Shown here: positions 34,514 through 43,554 of the stretch, in pieces
Layout of the letters: each line of letters begins with the position of its first letter
Numbering within the stretch: position 1 is the first letter of the stretch
Origin: Alistipes onderdonkii
GTDB taxonomy: Bacteria; Bacillota_I; Bacilli_A; RFN20; CAG-288
Direction of reading: 5' to 3'
Assembly (NCBI GenBank): GCA_963589675.1
Contig: CAVALL010000001.1
Coordinates: forward strand, 1-49,283
DNA: 49,283 nucleotides
Notes under the pieces: model-generated
Database searches by the model: none
The model's input: only the letters and a program-made list of their open reading frames with translations
Told to the model about the DNA's origin: nothing
Program-made: the position numbers and the translations under genes

Positions 34514-35611
34514 ATGAAAGATCTGCTTTTGATGAGAGCCCCGTTGAAATACATACAGGGCAAGGACGCTTTGAAGAAGTTCTATGAGAATTCTAAGGAA
34601 TTCGGAAAGAAGTATTTGTTCATCTGTTCCCATAGCGGATATGCTGCTGTTCATGATTCCGTTGAGGAATCCTTTGCTGACAGCGATGCAATAAGACATT
34701 ACGAAGTCTTCGGTGGCATCTCGTCTGTCGGTGAGATCAACAGAATGAAAGAAATCGTCAAGAATGAGAATATTGATGTCGTTGTCGGTGTCGGAGGCGG
34801 AAGCGCTATCGATACAGCAAAGGCGACTGCCTATTATATGAACAAGAGAGTCGCTATCATTCCTACTGTCTGTGCAACCGATGCCCCTTGCACCGGTCTT
34901 AGTGTCATCTATAACGATGATCATTCCTTCAACACCTATCTCTTCTATCCGAACAACCCGGATCTTGTTGTTGTCGATAGTGGTGTCATCGCCAAATCCC
35001 CTGCTAAATTCTTAGTTGCTGGTATGGGTGATGCCTTAGGCACCTACTTCGAAGCAAGGGCCTGCTATAAGACCAGTTCACTTTCTTTGGAAAATGGTGG
35101 AATCACACTCAGTGCTATGGCCTTATGTAAACTCTGCTATGAGACCTTGTTAAAGGATGGCAAGAAAGCTCTTGTCAGTGTCGAGAATCAACTTGTAACT
35201 CCAGAACTCGATGCCATCATTGAAGCCAACACCTATCTTAGCGGTGTCGGTGCAGACAATGGCGGATTATGTGTCGCACATAGTTTCTATAACGGTGTCA
35301 CTTCCTTAGGAAAGAAGACTGCAATGCACGGCAATTGTGTCGCCTATGGAACACTTGTCCAGCTCTTGCTTGAAAATGCACCGGTTGAAGAATACAACGA
35401 AGTCCGTGACTTCATGTATTCTGTCGGTCTTCCTCTTACATTAGAGGAAATCGGAATCGATGATGACGATGTCATGAAAGTCAGCATCGCAAGTTGTGTC
35501 AAAGGTGAAAGCATCCACAATTTAAGCGGTGATGTCAAACCGGAAGAACTCCATGATGCTATCATCCTCTGCGATCGTTTAGGTCATGAATTCTTAGATA
35601 GCAAGAAGTAA
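34514..35611 (+). CDS. gldA: Glycerol dehydrogenase (iron-containing alcohol dehydrogenase family)
   Basis: ORF 34493..35611; GGGAGG favours ATG 34514. Motifs are GVGGGSAIDTAKA, a PT.A.TDAP-type segment (IPTVCATDAP) and the His-containing CVAHSFYNG typical of GldA-type enzymes. Confidence 0.7.
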   Translation: MKDLLLMRAPLKYIQGKDALKKFYENSKEFGKKYLFICSHSGYAAVHDSVEESFADSDAIRHYEVFGGISSVGEINRMKEIVKNENIDVVVGVGGGSAIDTAKATAYYMNKRVAIIPTVCATDAPCTGLSVIYNDDHSFNTYLFYPNNPDLVVVDSGVIAKSPAKFLVAGMGDALGTYFEARACYKTSSLSLENGGITLSAMALCKLCYETLLKDGKKALVSVENQLVTPELDAIIEANTYLSGVGADNGGLCVAHSFYNGVTSLGKKTAMHGNCVAYGTLVQLLLENAPVEEYNEVRDFMYSVGLPLTLEEIGIDDDDVMKVSIASCVKGESIHNLSGDVKPEELHDAIILCDRLGHEFLDSKK

Positions 35612-35625
35612 ATTCAGCAATTAAC

Positions 35626-35659
35626 AAAAGAGTTCCGCATTTGCGAGCGGAACTCTTTT
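35626..35659. terminator. Bidirectional terminator between gldA and rmuC
   Basis: AAAAGAGTTCCGC-atttgcga-GCGGAACTCTTTT. The perfect 13-bp stem includes A/T runs usable on both strands. Confidence 0.8.
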
Positions 35660-35663
35660 CATT

Positions 35664-37271
35664 TCATTCATCTTCTTCCTCAACAGTTTCCTTTTCACCT
35701 TCAAACAACAATTTTGCATCTTCATCATCCAAGGCATCGATAGAATTCAGTTTCTTCTTCATGACTCTAGTACGCACACCGACTAATTCATCCAACTCAT
35801 TGGATGCGGCATTCATCTTCTTCTGTGTTTTCTCTAATGTGTCCGCAAACTTTGCAAATTCTGTTTTGACTGCACCTAAGAGTTTGAACACATCAGCGCT
35901 CTTCTTCTGTATCATCAATGATCTGAATCCCATATTCAATGAATTGATGAAAGCGGAGAGAGTAGTAGGGCCAGTCAGGTTCACTTTATACTTTGTCTGA
36001 ATCTCTTCAAACAGTCCCATATTCAGTGCTTCTAGATATAATCCTTCTAATGGTAAGAAGATTAAAGCAAAGTCAGTTGTATTGGGAACATCGATGTACT
36101 TATCATGTACACTTTTTGCATATTGCAATAAATCGTTGCGAAGCTGTTTTCTCGCTTTTTCGATTTCAGCCGGATTATCTAATTCGTGAATTCGTGAATA
36201 AGATTCATACGGGAACTTCGAGTCGATAGGAAGATAGACTTTCTCATCTTTCGTGCCAGGAAGAATGATTGCAAACTCAACTCTTTCACTGCTTCCTTTC
36301 TTTGTGACAACGTTCTCCTCATACTGAGTTGGAGTCAGGAATTCTTTGATGATGTTACCTAATATCACTTCACCCATGATTCCCTTTGTCTTCACATTGG
36401 TAAGGACATTCTTCAAAGATCCGACATCGGTAGCTAAGCCTTTGATCTCGCCAACTGCTTTATTGACATCTCCGATTCCTTCTACAACGCTCTTGAAGGA
36501 ATCATTCATCTTCTCTTCCAATGTCTTCTGTAGTTTCTCGTTGACGGACTGATTGATCTTATCTAGTTTCTCATTGTTATCCTGTCTGATAGCAGTAAGA
36601 TTACTTTTCACAGTTTCATTCAATCCACCGATAGACTCTTGTGTATTTGTCTTGAAATCTTCTAGTTTTCCTTTGATAGATGCATCGAAGTCATGCAATG
36701 TTTTATCAACAGTTTCATTGAATGATTTGATCTCAGAAGAAAGCTTAGTCATGATTTCTTCTTTTTGTCTGTTATTATCTTCTGTATACTTTCTTACAAA
36801 TTCGGAGAAGGCTAATGTCTCTTTTTGATAATTGTCTCTCAGGAGTTCGAGCACCTTTTCTTTGTAATCAGTATCGAATCCTAAGAAATAGGAGGCAAAA
36901 CCATCGAATTCTTTTTTCATATCCGTCTTATTCTGATTCAAAAGATCGTTCATACTTTGTTTAAAGTGTTCTTCCTCTTTTGCTAAGGATGACTGAGATT
37001 GAATCAGTGAATCTATTCTCTTATTCATGCCTTCAACTTCATTTCTAAGTTCAGACATTAAGACACCATTCTTCTCTGCCACTAATCTACTGACAGAGTC
37101 ACTTAATGTGTTGATAGACTCATTGACAGAAGAACGTATCTTCTTCAGTTCCTCTTCTCCTAGAGTGACATCTCCTGTCTTTCTGTTTTTCAAAACAATC
37201 ACCAGTGTCACAATGCTAAGAGCAAAGGACAAGACACATACTGCTAGTACCACCCATAAAATCCAATCCAT
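35664..37271 (-). CDS. rmuC: DNA recombination protein RmuC
   Basis: N-terminal TM helix and a long coiled-coil region. The C-terminal nuclease-like core has VEFAIILPG..YLPIDSKFPYESY and FALIFLPLEGLY, characteristic of RmuC. Confidence 0.85.
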   Translation of the reverse strand: MDWILWVVLAVCVLSFALSIVTLVIVLKNRKTGDVTLGEEELKKIRSSVNESINTLSDSVSRLVAEKNGVLMSELRNEVEGMNKRIDSLIQSQSSLAKEEEHFKQSMNDLLNQNKTDMKKEFDGFASYFLGFDTDYKEKVLELLRDNYQKETLAFSEFVRKYTEDNNRQKEEIMTKLSSEIKSFNETVDKTLHDFDASIKGKLEDFKTNTQESIGGLNETVKSNLTAIRQDNNEKLDKINQSVNEKLQKTLEEKMNDSFKSVVEGIGDVNKAVGEIKGLATDVGSLKNVLTNVKTKGIMGEVILGNIIKEFLTPTQYEENVVTKKGSSERVEFAIILPGTKDEKVYLPIDSKFPYESYSRIHELDNPAEIEKARKQLRNDLLQYAKSVHDKYIDVPNTTDFALIFLPLEGLYLEALNMGLFEEIQTKYKVNLTGPTTLSAFINSLNMGFRSLMIQKKSADVFKLLGAVKTEFAKFADTLEKTQKKMNAASNELDELVGVRTRVMKKKLNSIDALDDEDAKLLFEGEKETVEEEDE

Positions 37272-37378
37272 ATCGTTCCTCCTTATTTGTTGTCTTTATG
37301 ATTATAATATCAAAGAGAAGAAAACCGATGAAATATAAGTGCAGATGAGAAAGAAAAGAATACAATAATAGAAATGTC

Positions 37379-37897
37379 ATGGAGGAAATGAAGATGACTC
37401 ATGAAGATTATGTAAGAGCAATCGAATATTGGAAAAACAAGAAGACGACTGCTATGCCTAAAGATGAATTATTAAAGAAGGCAAACGAATACATAGAGAA
37501 GAACAACACCTGTGCCTTAGCAACTGGAACAGGTGACTTCATCCGTTGTACACCAGTCGAATACAGTTATCACGATGGAAAATTCTGGATTTTCACAGAA
37601 GGGGGTGAGAAATTCATCGGATTAGAGAAGAATAAGAATGTAAGTCTTGCTATCTATGACAAATACGATGGATTTGGAAATCTCCATAGCATCCAGATTA
37701 CAGGAATTGCTGAGTTCATCCCTCCATTCAGTGAGACATACAATAGTCATGCCGCAATCAAGAAAATCTCAATCGAGGCTTTGAAAAGGCTGGACTCTTA
37801 TATGAATCTCTTATGCATCACACCTACTAGAATGGATCTCCTTTTCTCTGATTTCAAGAAAGAGGGATATAGCAACAGGCAGACTTTGATGCTCTGA
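37379..37897 (+). CDS. Pyridoxamine 5'-phosphate oxidase-like FMN-binding split-barrel protein
   Basis: Size and pattern fit (CALATGTGD..RCTPVEY...FWIFTEGG..K). The start is ambiguous: GGAGGA at 37383-37388 fits ATG 37394 better than 37379. Confidence 0.55.
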   Translation: MEEMKMTHEDYVRAIEYWKNKKTTAMPKDELLKKANEYIEKNNTCALATGTGDFIRCTPVEYSYHDGKFWIFTEGGEKFIGLEKNKNVSLAIYDKYDGFGNLHSIQITGIAEFIPPFSETYNSHAAIKKISIEALKRLDSYMNLLCITPTRMDLLFSDFKKEGYSNRQTLML

Positions 37898-37910
37898 TAT
37901 CGTATATTTT

Positions 37911-37950
37911 TCAACACTTTGCAAAAAAGTGTTGATTTTATTTCTTTTTC
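37911..37950 (+). terminator. Rho-independent terminator
   Basis: TCAACACTT-tgcaaaa-AAGTGTTGA followed by TTTTATTTCTTTTTC. Confidence 0.7.
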
Positions 37951-37983
37951 TTATTCGGTTTGATAAGATATGCACATAACTAG

Positions 37984-38010
37984 AAAGGAGGTATCGTGTT
38001 ACATCCATAG
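37984..38010 (+). promoter_or_regulatory. Strong SD plus 4-codon mini-ORF (GTG-TTA-CAT-CCA-TAG) immediately upstream of the ABC ATPase gene
   Basis: AAAGGAGG at 37984-37991 lies 4 nt before GTG 37996, and the stop is at 38008-38010. The downstream ATG 38022 has no SD of its own. Confidence 0.3.
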
Positions 38011-38021
38011 CACGAAACAGA

Positions 38022-38915
38022 ATGGATTACATTATTGAAACAAAGAACCTCAGCAAAAAGTTCTCCAACAAAGTCGCTGTCGATAAAGTCAATATGCACG
38101 TCAAACGCGGTGACATATATGGCTTTATTGGAAAGAATGGTGCTGGTAAGACAACTGCGATGAAGATGATATTAGGTCTTTTGAATCCAAGTGAGGGAGA
38201 AATCATTCTCTTTGGAAGCAATGACTTGAACAAAGAGAGACAGAAGATCGGTTCTCTCATTGAAAGTCCTGGACTCTACAAGAACTGTACCGCCTATGAG
38301 AATCTAAAAAGATTCTCTCTGATCTATGGCGGAAACGATGAAGAGATCAAAGATATCCTTGCTCTTATCGGATTAAGTGATACCGGAAACAAGAAAGCAG
38401 GAAGATTCTCCCTCGGTATGAAACAAAGACTCGGAATCGGTATCGCATTATTAGGAAATCCAGAACTCCTTGTTCTTGATGAGCCGATCAATGGATTGGA
38501 TCCTGCTGGAATCAAGGAAATCCGTGACCTCATCATGAAACTGAATAAGGAAAGAGAAGTCACAATATTGATTTCCTCCCACATCCTTGATGAGTTAGCA
38601 AAGATCACAACCACCTATGGAATCATCAATGATGGAAGATTGATTGAAGAAGTCTCCGCTGAGCAGTTAGAAGAGAACTGCAAGAAGAATCTTACTATCA
38701 CTGTAAGTGATGTCGATAAGTCTATTGAACTATTGAAGGCAAATGACTTATTAGGTGAATACGAAGTCAAAGAGAATTCCCTTATCCTCTATTCTCATTT
38801 TGAAAATGCAGGTCTAATCAATACAACTCTAGTCACAAGCGGTATCACCGTCAGTGAGTTAGCAAACAAAGAAGTCAGTTTGGAAGATTATTTCATTGAG
38901 AGGCTTGGAAAATGA
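38022..38915 (+). CDS. ABC transporter ATP-binding protein (ABC-2/bacitracin-lantibiotic-export type)
   Basis: Walker A GKNGAGKTT, signature FSLGMKQRLG and Walker B LLVLDEPINGLD. Confidence 0.9.
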   Translation: MDYIIETKNLSKKFSNKVAVDKVNMHVKRGDIYGFIGKNGAGKTTAMKMILGLLNPSEGEIILFGSNDLNKERQKIGSLIESPGLYKNCTAYENLKRFSLIYGGNDEEIKDILALIGLSDTGNKKAGRFSLGMKQRLGIGIALLGNPELLVLDEPINGLDPAGIKEIRDLIMKLNKEREVTILISSHILDELAKITTTYGIINDGRLIEEVSAEQLEENCKKNLTITVSDVDKSIELLKANDLLGEYEVKENSLILYSHFENAGLINTTLVTSGITVSELANKEVSLEDYFIERLGK

Positions 38916-39655
38916 TGGGAAAACTATTGAAATTTGAGCTACGTAAAGTATTCCGTAGCAAAAGCTTATATATCTGTACTGCGATAACTGTCTTCCTTGT
39001 CCTGATTGTAGCACTGACAACCAAAATCGCCGAATCTGAGCTTGATATCGTTCCAACTGCATCAAGTTTGACAAAAAGTTCATTTAGCGAAATGAATGCA
39101 ATTCTGTTATCTAGCATATTTGTATCAATCTATATTTGTGAAGACTATTCTCTTGGAACCATCAAAAATATCTATGGTAAGGGATACACGAGAAATCAAG
39201 TATACTTCACAAAATACATTGTCTCTCTTATTGCGTCCTTGATTATGACTTTGTCTTGTTTCATCGTCGGATACCTATGTGGTCTCATCTTCAGTCATAA
39301 GGGAGCGTTAGAAAAAGACGTCATCATCTCAGTCCTACTGCAGCTTCTTATCAGCATTGGTTTCCTATCTTGCCACTACTTCGTTTCCATGTCGATTGGA
39401 AGATTAGGTATCTGCTTAGCCATAAACATTGTCGCACCCACCTTCGTTAAAGCAGTTTTAGCACTGATTGATATTGCCACAAAATGGGAGAAGTTCCATT
39501 TCAGTGATTACTGGCTTGGCAATATGTTAAACGCAGTCCAAGCAAGCGAGATTCCTGCTAAGACTCAGTGGACTGCTCTTATCGGTGCCCTTGTCTACAT
39601 CGCAATATTCTTAGTCTCCGGATTCTTCATCAATAGAAGAAGAGAAATCAAGTAA
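38912..39655 (+). CDS. ABC-2 type permease
   Basis: ATGA overlap with the ATPase gene. 247 aa with about six hydrophobic helices. Confidence 0.75.
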   Translation: MMGKLLKFELRKVFRSKSLYICTAITVFLVLIVALTTKIAESELDIVPTASSLTKSSFSEMNAILLSSIFVSIYICEDYSLGTIKNIYGKGYTRNQVYFTKYIVSLIASLIMTLSCFIVGYLCGLIFSHKGALEKDVIISVLLQLLISIGFLSCHYFVSMSIGRLGICLAINIVAPTFVKAVLALIDIATKWEKFHFSDYWLGNMLNAVQASEIPAKTQWTALIGALVYIAIFLVSGFFINRRREIK

Positions 39656-39688
39656 GCATCCGACAACAAAATATATAGAATGTCAACT

Positions 39689-39722
39689 AAAAAACGGCCT
39701 ACATTGCTGTAGACCGTTTTTT
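39689..39722. terminator. Bidirectional terminator between convergent genes
   Basis: AAAAA-ACGGCCTACA-ttgc-TGTAGACCGT-TTTTT, with one mismatch in the stem. Confidence 0.7.
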
Positions 39723-39731
39723 GATTGTTAA

Positions 39732-40091
39732 TTAAGCTTCTAAGACGTCCTTAGTGGCAACGACGTCAGCACCAGTGGATAAGACGTCCTTGATAAGGAC
39801 ATCACCGATGTGGACCGGAGCCTTGACTTCGACTTTGTCAATCTCTTCCATGACCTTCATCATCATTTCCTTAGGAACAGGATTGTTAGTCTTAACGGAA
39901 CAACGGGCGATTCTTCCACCTTCGACTTTGACAGTGGAAGTGATGGTTCTAACCGGATGAGTTGCTTCATTGATACCATATGTCTTACCACGAAGACAGG
40001 AGTTTCCCGTGACAGTCATCGTATCAAGATCAACTGTCAAAGAGCATCCTCTCGGGCATTGAATGCAAACAAAATTCTTTACCATAATCAA
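39732..40091 (-). CDS. DUF1667 domain protein (third subunit of the GlpA-like oxidoreductase cluster)
   Basis: N-terminal CIQCPRGCSLTV motif, about 120 aa, with a 4-nt overlap with the upstream oxidoreductase gene. Confidence 0.8.
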   Translation of the reverse strand: MIMVKNFVCIQCPRGCSLTVDLDTMTVTGNSCLRGKTYGINEATHPVRTITSTVKVEGGRIARCSVKTNNPVPKEMMMKVMEEIDKVEVKAPVHIGDVLIKDVLSTGADVVATKDVLEA

Positions 40092-41347
40092 GCCTCCTCA
40101 ATTTCGACTTTGATTTCCTTCTTTCCCTGAATGAGGGATTTCGGAAGGACGATCTTTTCCATTTCAGAAGGAATAATCTTCAGTTTCTCTACTTTCTTGA
40201 TGACTTCGCCATCGGCAGAGACGATGACACGGCTGCGATTGAAAGGATGACGGACACGGAAGGAGAATTCAAAGTTCTCATCTCCGTTATAGGCAACTTT
40301 CTGCGGGCAGAGGTAAGAGACACCATTTCCAACAACGGAAGTTGCATAATCGGATTCAATCTCACCTTTTTGGATATAGGCGGCAGCATTCTTACCGGCC
40401 TTTTCACCTTCCTGAGAGACATAGTCGACAAGGTCATGAACCTGAAGGACGTTACCACAGGCAAAGATGCCTTCCACGCTGGTTTCAAGGTTATCTTTGA
40501 CAACGGCGCCCTTGGTTCTCTGATCCAATTCGACGTTGGCCTTCTTGGAAAGTTCATTCTCAGGAATCAAACCGACAGAGAGAAGGAGGGTGTCACAGTC
40601 AAATGTGATCTCGGTTCCTGGAATCGGTCTATTCTTCTCATCAACTTTGGAGATGACGACCTGTTTGACACGGCGATGTTCCTCATCAGCAACAATATCC
40701 GTGACGGTATGAGAGAGATAAAGCGGAATATTGAAATCGTTAAGGCACTGGACGATGTTACGGTTCAGACCATTGGAATAGGGGCAAAGCTCGACATCAG
40801 CAAGGACAGTGGCACCCTCAAGCGTCATACGTCTTGCCATGATCAAACCGATATCACCAGATCCTAATATGACGACTCTCTTACCGACAAGGTATCCGTC
40901 GATGTTGCAATACTTCTGAGCGGCACCAGCTGTATAGACACCGGCGACACGATCACCAGGAGTGGAGATAGCGCCACGGCTTCTTTCTCTGCAACCCATG
41001 GCAAGAACGATGGCTTTCGCAGAGATCTGCTCTAAGCCTTTCTCAGAGGAAAGGACGGTTACGACCTTATCTTCAGAGATGTCGATTGCCATCGTCTTGA
41101 TGCGGACAGAGACACTAGTCTCTAAGACCATCTTCTCATAACGTCCTGCATATTCCGGACCGGTCAGCTCTTCTTTGAAACGATGAAGTCCGAATCCGTT
41201 GTGGATGCACTGATTCAAGATGCCGCCAAGGGTATCATCTCTTTCGATGATGAGGATATCCTTGATTCCACTCTGATAGGCTCCATATGCGGCAGCAAGT
41301 CCAGCCGGACCACCGCCGATGATGACTAAATCATGCTGTTCTTTCAT
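40088..41347 (-). CDS. NAD(P)/FAD-dependent pyridine-nucleotide-disulfide-type oxidoreductase
   Basis: Dinucleotide folds IIGGGPAGLAAA and VVILGSGDIGLIMA, with a C-terminal ACGNV motif. Confidence 0.8.
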   Translation of the reverse strand: MKEQHDLVIIGGGPAGLAAAYGAYQSGIKDILIIERDDTLGGILNQCIHNGFGLHRFKEELTGPEYAGRYEKMVLETSVSVRIKTMAIDISEDKVVTVLSSEKGLEQISAKAIVLAMGCRERSRGAISTPGDRVAGVYTAGAAQKYCNIDGYLVGKRVVILGSGDIGLIMARRMTLEGATVLADVELCPYSNGLNRNIVQCLNDFNIPLYLSHTVTDIVADEEHRRVKQVVISKVDEKNRPIPGTEITFDCDTLLLSVGLIPENELSKKANVELDQRTKGAVVKDNLETSVEGIFACGNVLQVHDLVDYVSQEGEKAGKNAAAYIQKGEIESDYATSVVGNGVSYLCPQKVAYNGDENFEFSFRVRHPFNRSRVIVSADGEVIKKVEKLKIIPSEMEKIVLPKSLIQGKKEIKVEIEEA

Positions 41348-42807
41348 TTTCTCTTCCCCTTTGTTTCACAGACAACGACATTCGAGCCTGTGACATCCTG
41401 ATAAACTTCATCAAAATTGAGATTTCTTTCTCTCTTGATGATTTCGAAGACCTTCGGTCCACAGAAGCCACCCTGGCAACGTCCCATACCAGCATTGGTA
41501 CGACGTTTGACAGCATCGATTGTCTTAGCTGGAATCGGCTGATGAATCGCCTGAACGATTTCACCCTCTGTCACCGTCTCACAGCGGCAGATGACCTGTC
41601 CATATCTTCTATCCTTCTTGATCCATTCTTCCTTCTCTTCTAAAGAGAGCGAAGCAAAGAATCCAGGTAGACGATAATAATGGAAGTCTTTCTTTTCGAT
41701 GAGTTTTTCACCCATGGCTGTAAGCATTCTGACCAACTCTTTACCAAAGGCAGGACCAGAGGAAAGACCCGGAGACTTAATACCAGCAAAGTTGATGAAA
41801 TGAGGTAAGAAAGGACTCTCTTCAATGAGGAAGTCTTCTCTTCCTTCAATCGTAGCACGAACACCGGCAAAGTTACGGATGTTGTTACGATAATTGATAT
41901 TAGCAGTAGTACGCTTTGCCTGATCTCTTACATAATCAAGAGCGGCCTGACGGTTACCAGTATAATCCTTGGAAGGAGTATCCTTGTTTGCATCTGGTCC
42001 GACGATTAAATTGCCGTGAACAGTCGGAGAGACCAAGACACCTTTTCCTAAAGAACTCGGAGTCTGGAAGACAACATGATTGACTGTCTTTCCTTCTTCC
42101 TTATCTAAGAGATAGTAGTCACCTTTGACAGCAGTGATCGTGAAGGAGTCATCCTTCTTGTCCTTTAAGGCAAGACGATAGATATCATCCGCATGGACAC
42201 CTGTGCAATTGACGACAAATCTTGCTTTGACATCCTCTGTGGAAGTCTTGACAAGATATCCGTCCTCTTCCTTATCGATAGAGAGGACTGGGCTTTCACT
42301 TAAGAAGCGGACACCGTTTGTGACAGCGGTCTCGGCCAAAGAGAGAGCTAACTCCCAAGGGGAAACAACGCCACAGCTCGGGGCATACAGGGCATAATCG
42401 ATTTCCGGATTGAGATTCGGTTCCATCTTGTGGACTTCTTCTTTTGTCTTCAAGACAACCAATCCCGGAACACCATTTGCAACACCGCGTTTGTAGAGTT
42501 CATCAATCTTCTGATGTTCTTCTTCTGTTGATCCAATGACCAAAGAACCTATTTGACGGTAGTGGAAGTTGAGAAGTGGCTGCAAGTCATGAATCAACTG
42601 ACAGCCTTCCACATTGAGCCTTGCCATCTTTGTGCCAGGCTTCGGATCATAACCGGCATGGACAATGCCGGAATTTGCTTTTGTCGTCTTCATCGCAACG
42701 TCATTTTCTTTATCGATCAAGATGACATTGAGCTCATATTTGGAGAGTTCAAACGCCAAGGAGGCACCTGTGATACCAGCGCCTATGATAGCTACATCGT
42801 ATAACAT
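41344..42807 (-). CDS. FAD-dependent glycerol-3-phosphate dehydrogenase/oxidase-like enzyme with BFD-like [2Fe-2S] domain
   Basis: N-terminal DVAIIGAGITGAS. The C-terminal ICRCETVTEGEI...GRCQGGFC is typical of the BFD-like domain in GlpA-like proteins. Confidence 0.7.
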   Translation of the reverse strand: MLYDVAIIGAGITGASLAFELSKYELNVILIDKENDVAMKTTKANSGIVHAGYDPKPGTKMARLNVEGCQLIHDLQPLLNFHYRQIGSLVIGSTEEEHQKIDELYKRGVANGVPGLVVLKTKEEVHKMEPNLNPEIDYALYAPSCGVVSPWELALSLAETAVTNGVRFLSESPVLSIDKEEDGYLVKTSTEDVKARFVVNCTGVHADDIYRLALKDKKDDSFTITAVKGDYYLLDKEEGKTVNHVVFQTPSSLGKGVLVSPTVHGNLIVGPDANKDTPSKDYTGNRQAALDYVRDQAKRTTANINYRNNIRNFAGVRATIEGREDFLIEESPFLPHFINFAGIKSPGLSSGPAFGKELVRMLTAMGEKLIEKKDFHYYRLPGFFASLSLEEKEEWIKKDRRYGQVICRCETVTEGEIVQAIHQPIPAKTIDAVKRRTNAGMGRCQGGFCGPKVFEIIKRERNLNFDEVYQDVTGSNVVVCETKGKRK

Positions 42808-42960
42808 ATTTGGGTTTCCTAACCTTTCTGAAAGATATTATAAGCCATTTTCGATAAATTAATCACACAAAATGAAAATTTTGATATTTTGTCTATTTTT
42901 TAAGTATGGTAGGGCTTTACTCAACAACTTTTACATAGTCCTATCCCTAAAGAATGAGAA

Positions 42961-42989
42961 TCAAAAAGAAGAGGATTTCTCCCCTTCTT
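42961..42989 (-). terminator. Rho-independent terminator after the phosphoesterase pair
   Basis: On the - strand: AAGAAGGGGA-gaaa-TCCTCTTCTT (one G-U pair) followed by TTTTGATT, 14 nt after the stop at 43004. Confidence 0.6.
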
Positions 42990-43003
42990 CCTATTTCATA
43001 ATG

Positions 43004-43540
43004 TTAGAACTGGATCTCTTTTACGACCTCATCGGTAAGAAGGTCTCTTAATGTGATTCCTTTTTCATTCATGACCATATAAGAGTGTCTTCCGTCCTTT
43101 GGCAAAGAAACAGAGCCAGGATTAGCCAAGATGAGATTCTCTTTTTTTTCTAGTACTCCGATATGAGTATGTCCCTGAAGGAAGATATCTCCACAGGAAG
43201 CAGGAAGATTATCAAAGGAATAGTGATGTCCATGTGTCATTGTGACAAGGTGTGAGAAGACATATAATTGTGAGATTTCACAGAACGGGAAAAGCGATAC
43301 CATCTGATCGACTTCACTCTCACAGTTTCCCTTGATAGCGATAAGTCTATCCGCATAGGAGTTAAGAAGCTTAACGACTTCCTTCGGACAATACTCTTCC
43401 GGTGGATCATTTCTGGCTCCATTGTAATAGCAGTCACCTAATAAAATGATCTTATCCGGATTATATTGGTTTACTTTAGAGAAAAAGATTTTTGCATACT
43501 TCAACGAGCCGTGAATGTCACTTCCAATCAATAAATTCAT
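43004..43540 (-). CDS. YfcE/MJ0936-family metallophosphoesterase
   Basis: Motifs GSDIHGS, LLGDCYYNG, GNCE, MTHGH and LQGHTH. Confidence 0.85.
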   Translation of the reverse strand: MNLLIGSDIHGSLKYAKIFFSKVNQYNPDKIILLGDCYYNGARNDPPEEYCPKEVVKLLNSYADRLIAIKGNCESEVDQMVSLFPFCEISQLYVFSHLVTMTHGHHYSFDNLPASCGDIFLQGHTHIGVLEKKENLILANPGSVSLPKDGRHSYMVMNEKGITLRDLLTDEVVKEIQF

Positions 43541-43554
43541 ATTTATGTATCCTC

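Noticed and set aside
34436-34924. 162-aa - strand ORF, plus 34372..34563, opposite the 5' part of gldA.
   Set aside because: They are antisense to a gene with clear Fe-ADH motifs and a strong SD, and have no motifs or ribosome-binding site.
40247-40867. 206-aa + strand ORF inside the oxidoreductase gene, and similar antisense ORFs in rmuC (35641..36000, 36553..36828, 37027..37338).
   Set aside because: They lie opposite genes with unambiguous family motifs. Long antisense open frames are expected in genes rich in GAA/AAG/GAT codons.
43142-43149. T8 (A8 on the coding strand) homopolymer inside the YfcE-type gene, and A7 at 10853-10859, considered as phase-variation tracts.
   Set aside because: Both reading frames are intact and encode ordinary Lys-rich segments. 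A/T runs of this length are expected by composition in AT-rich DNA, unlike the G8 tract.
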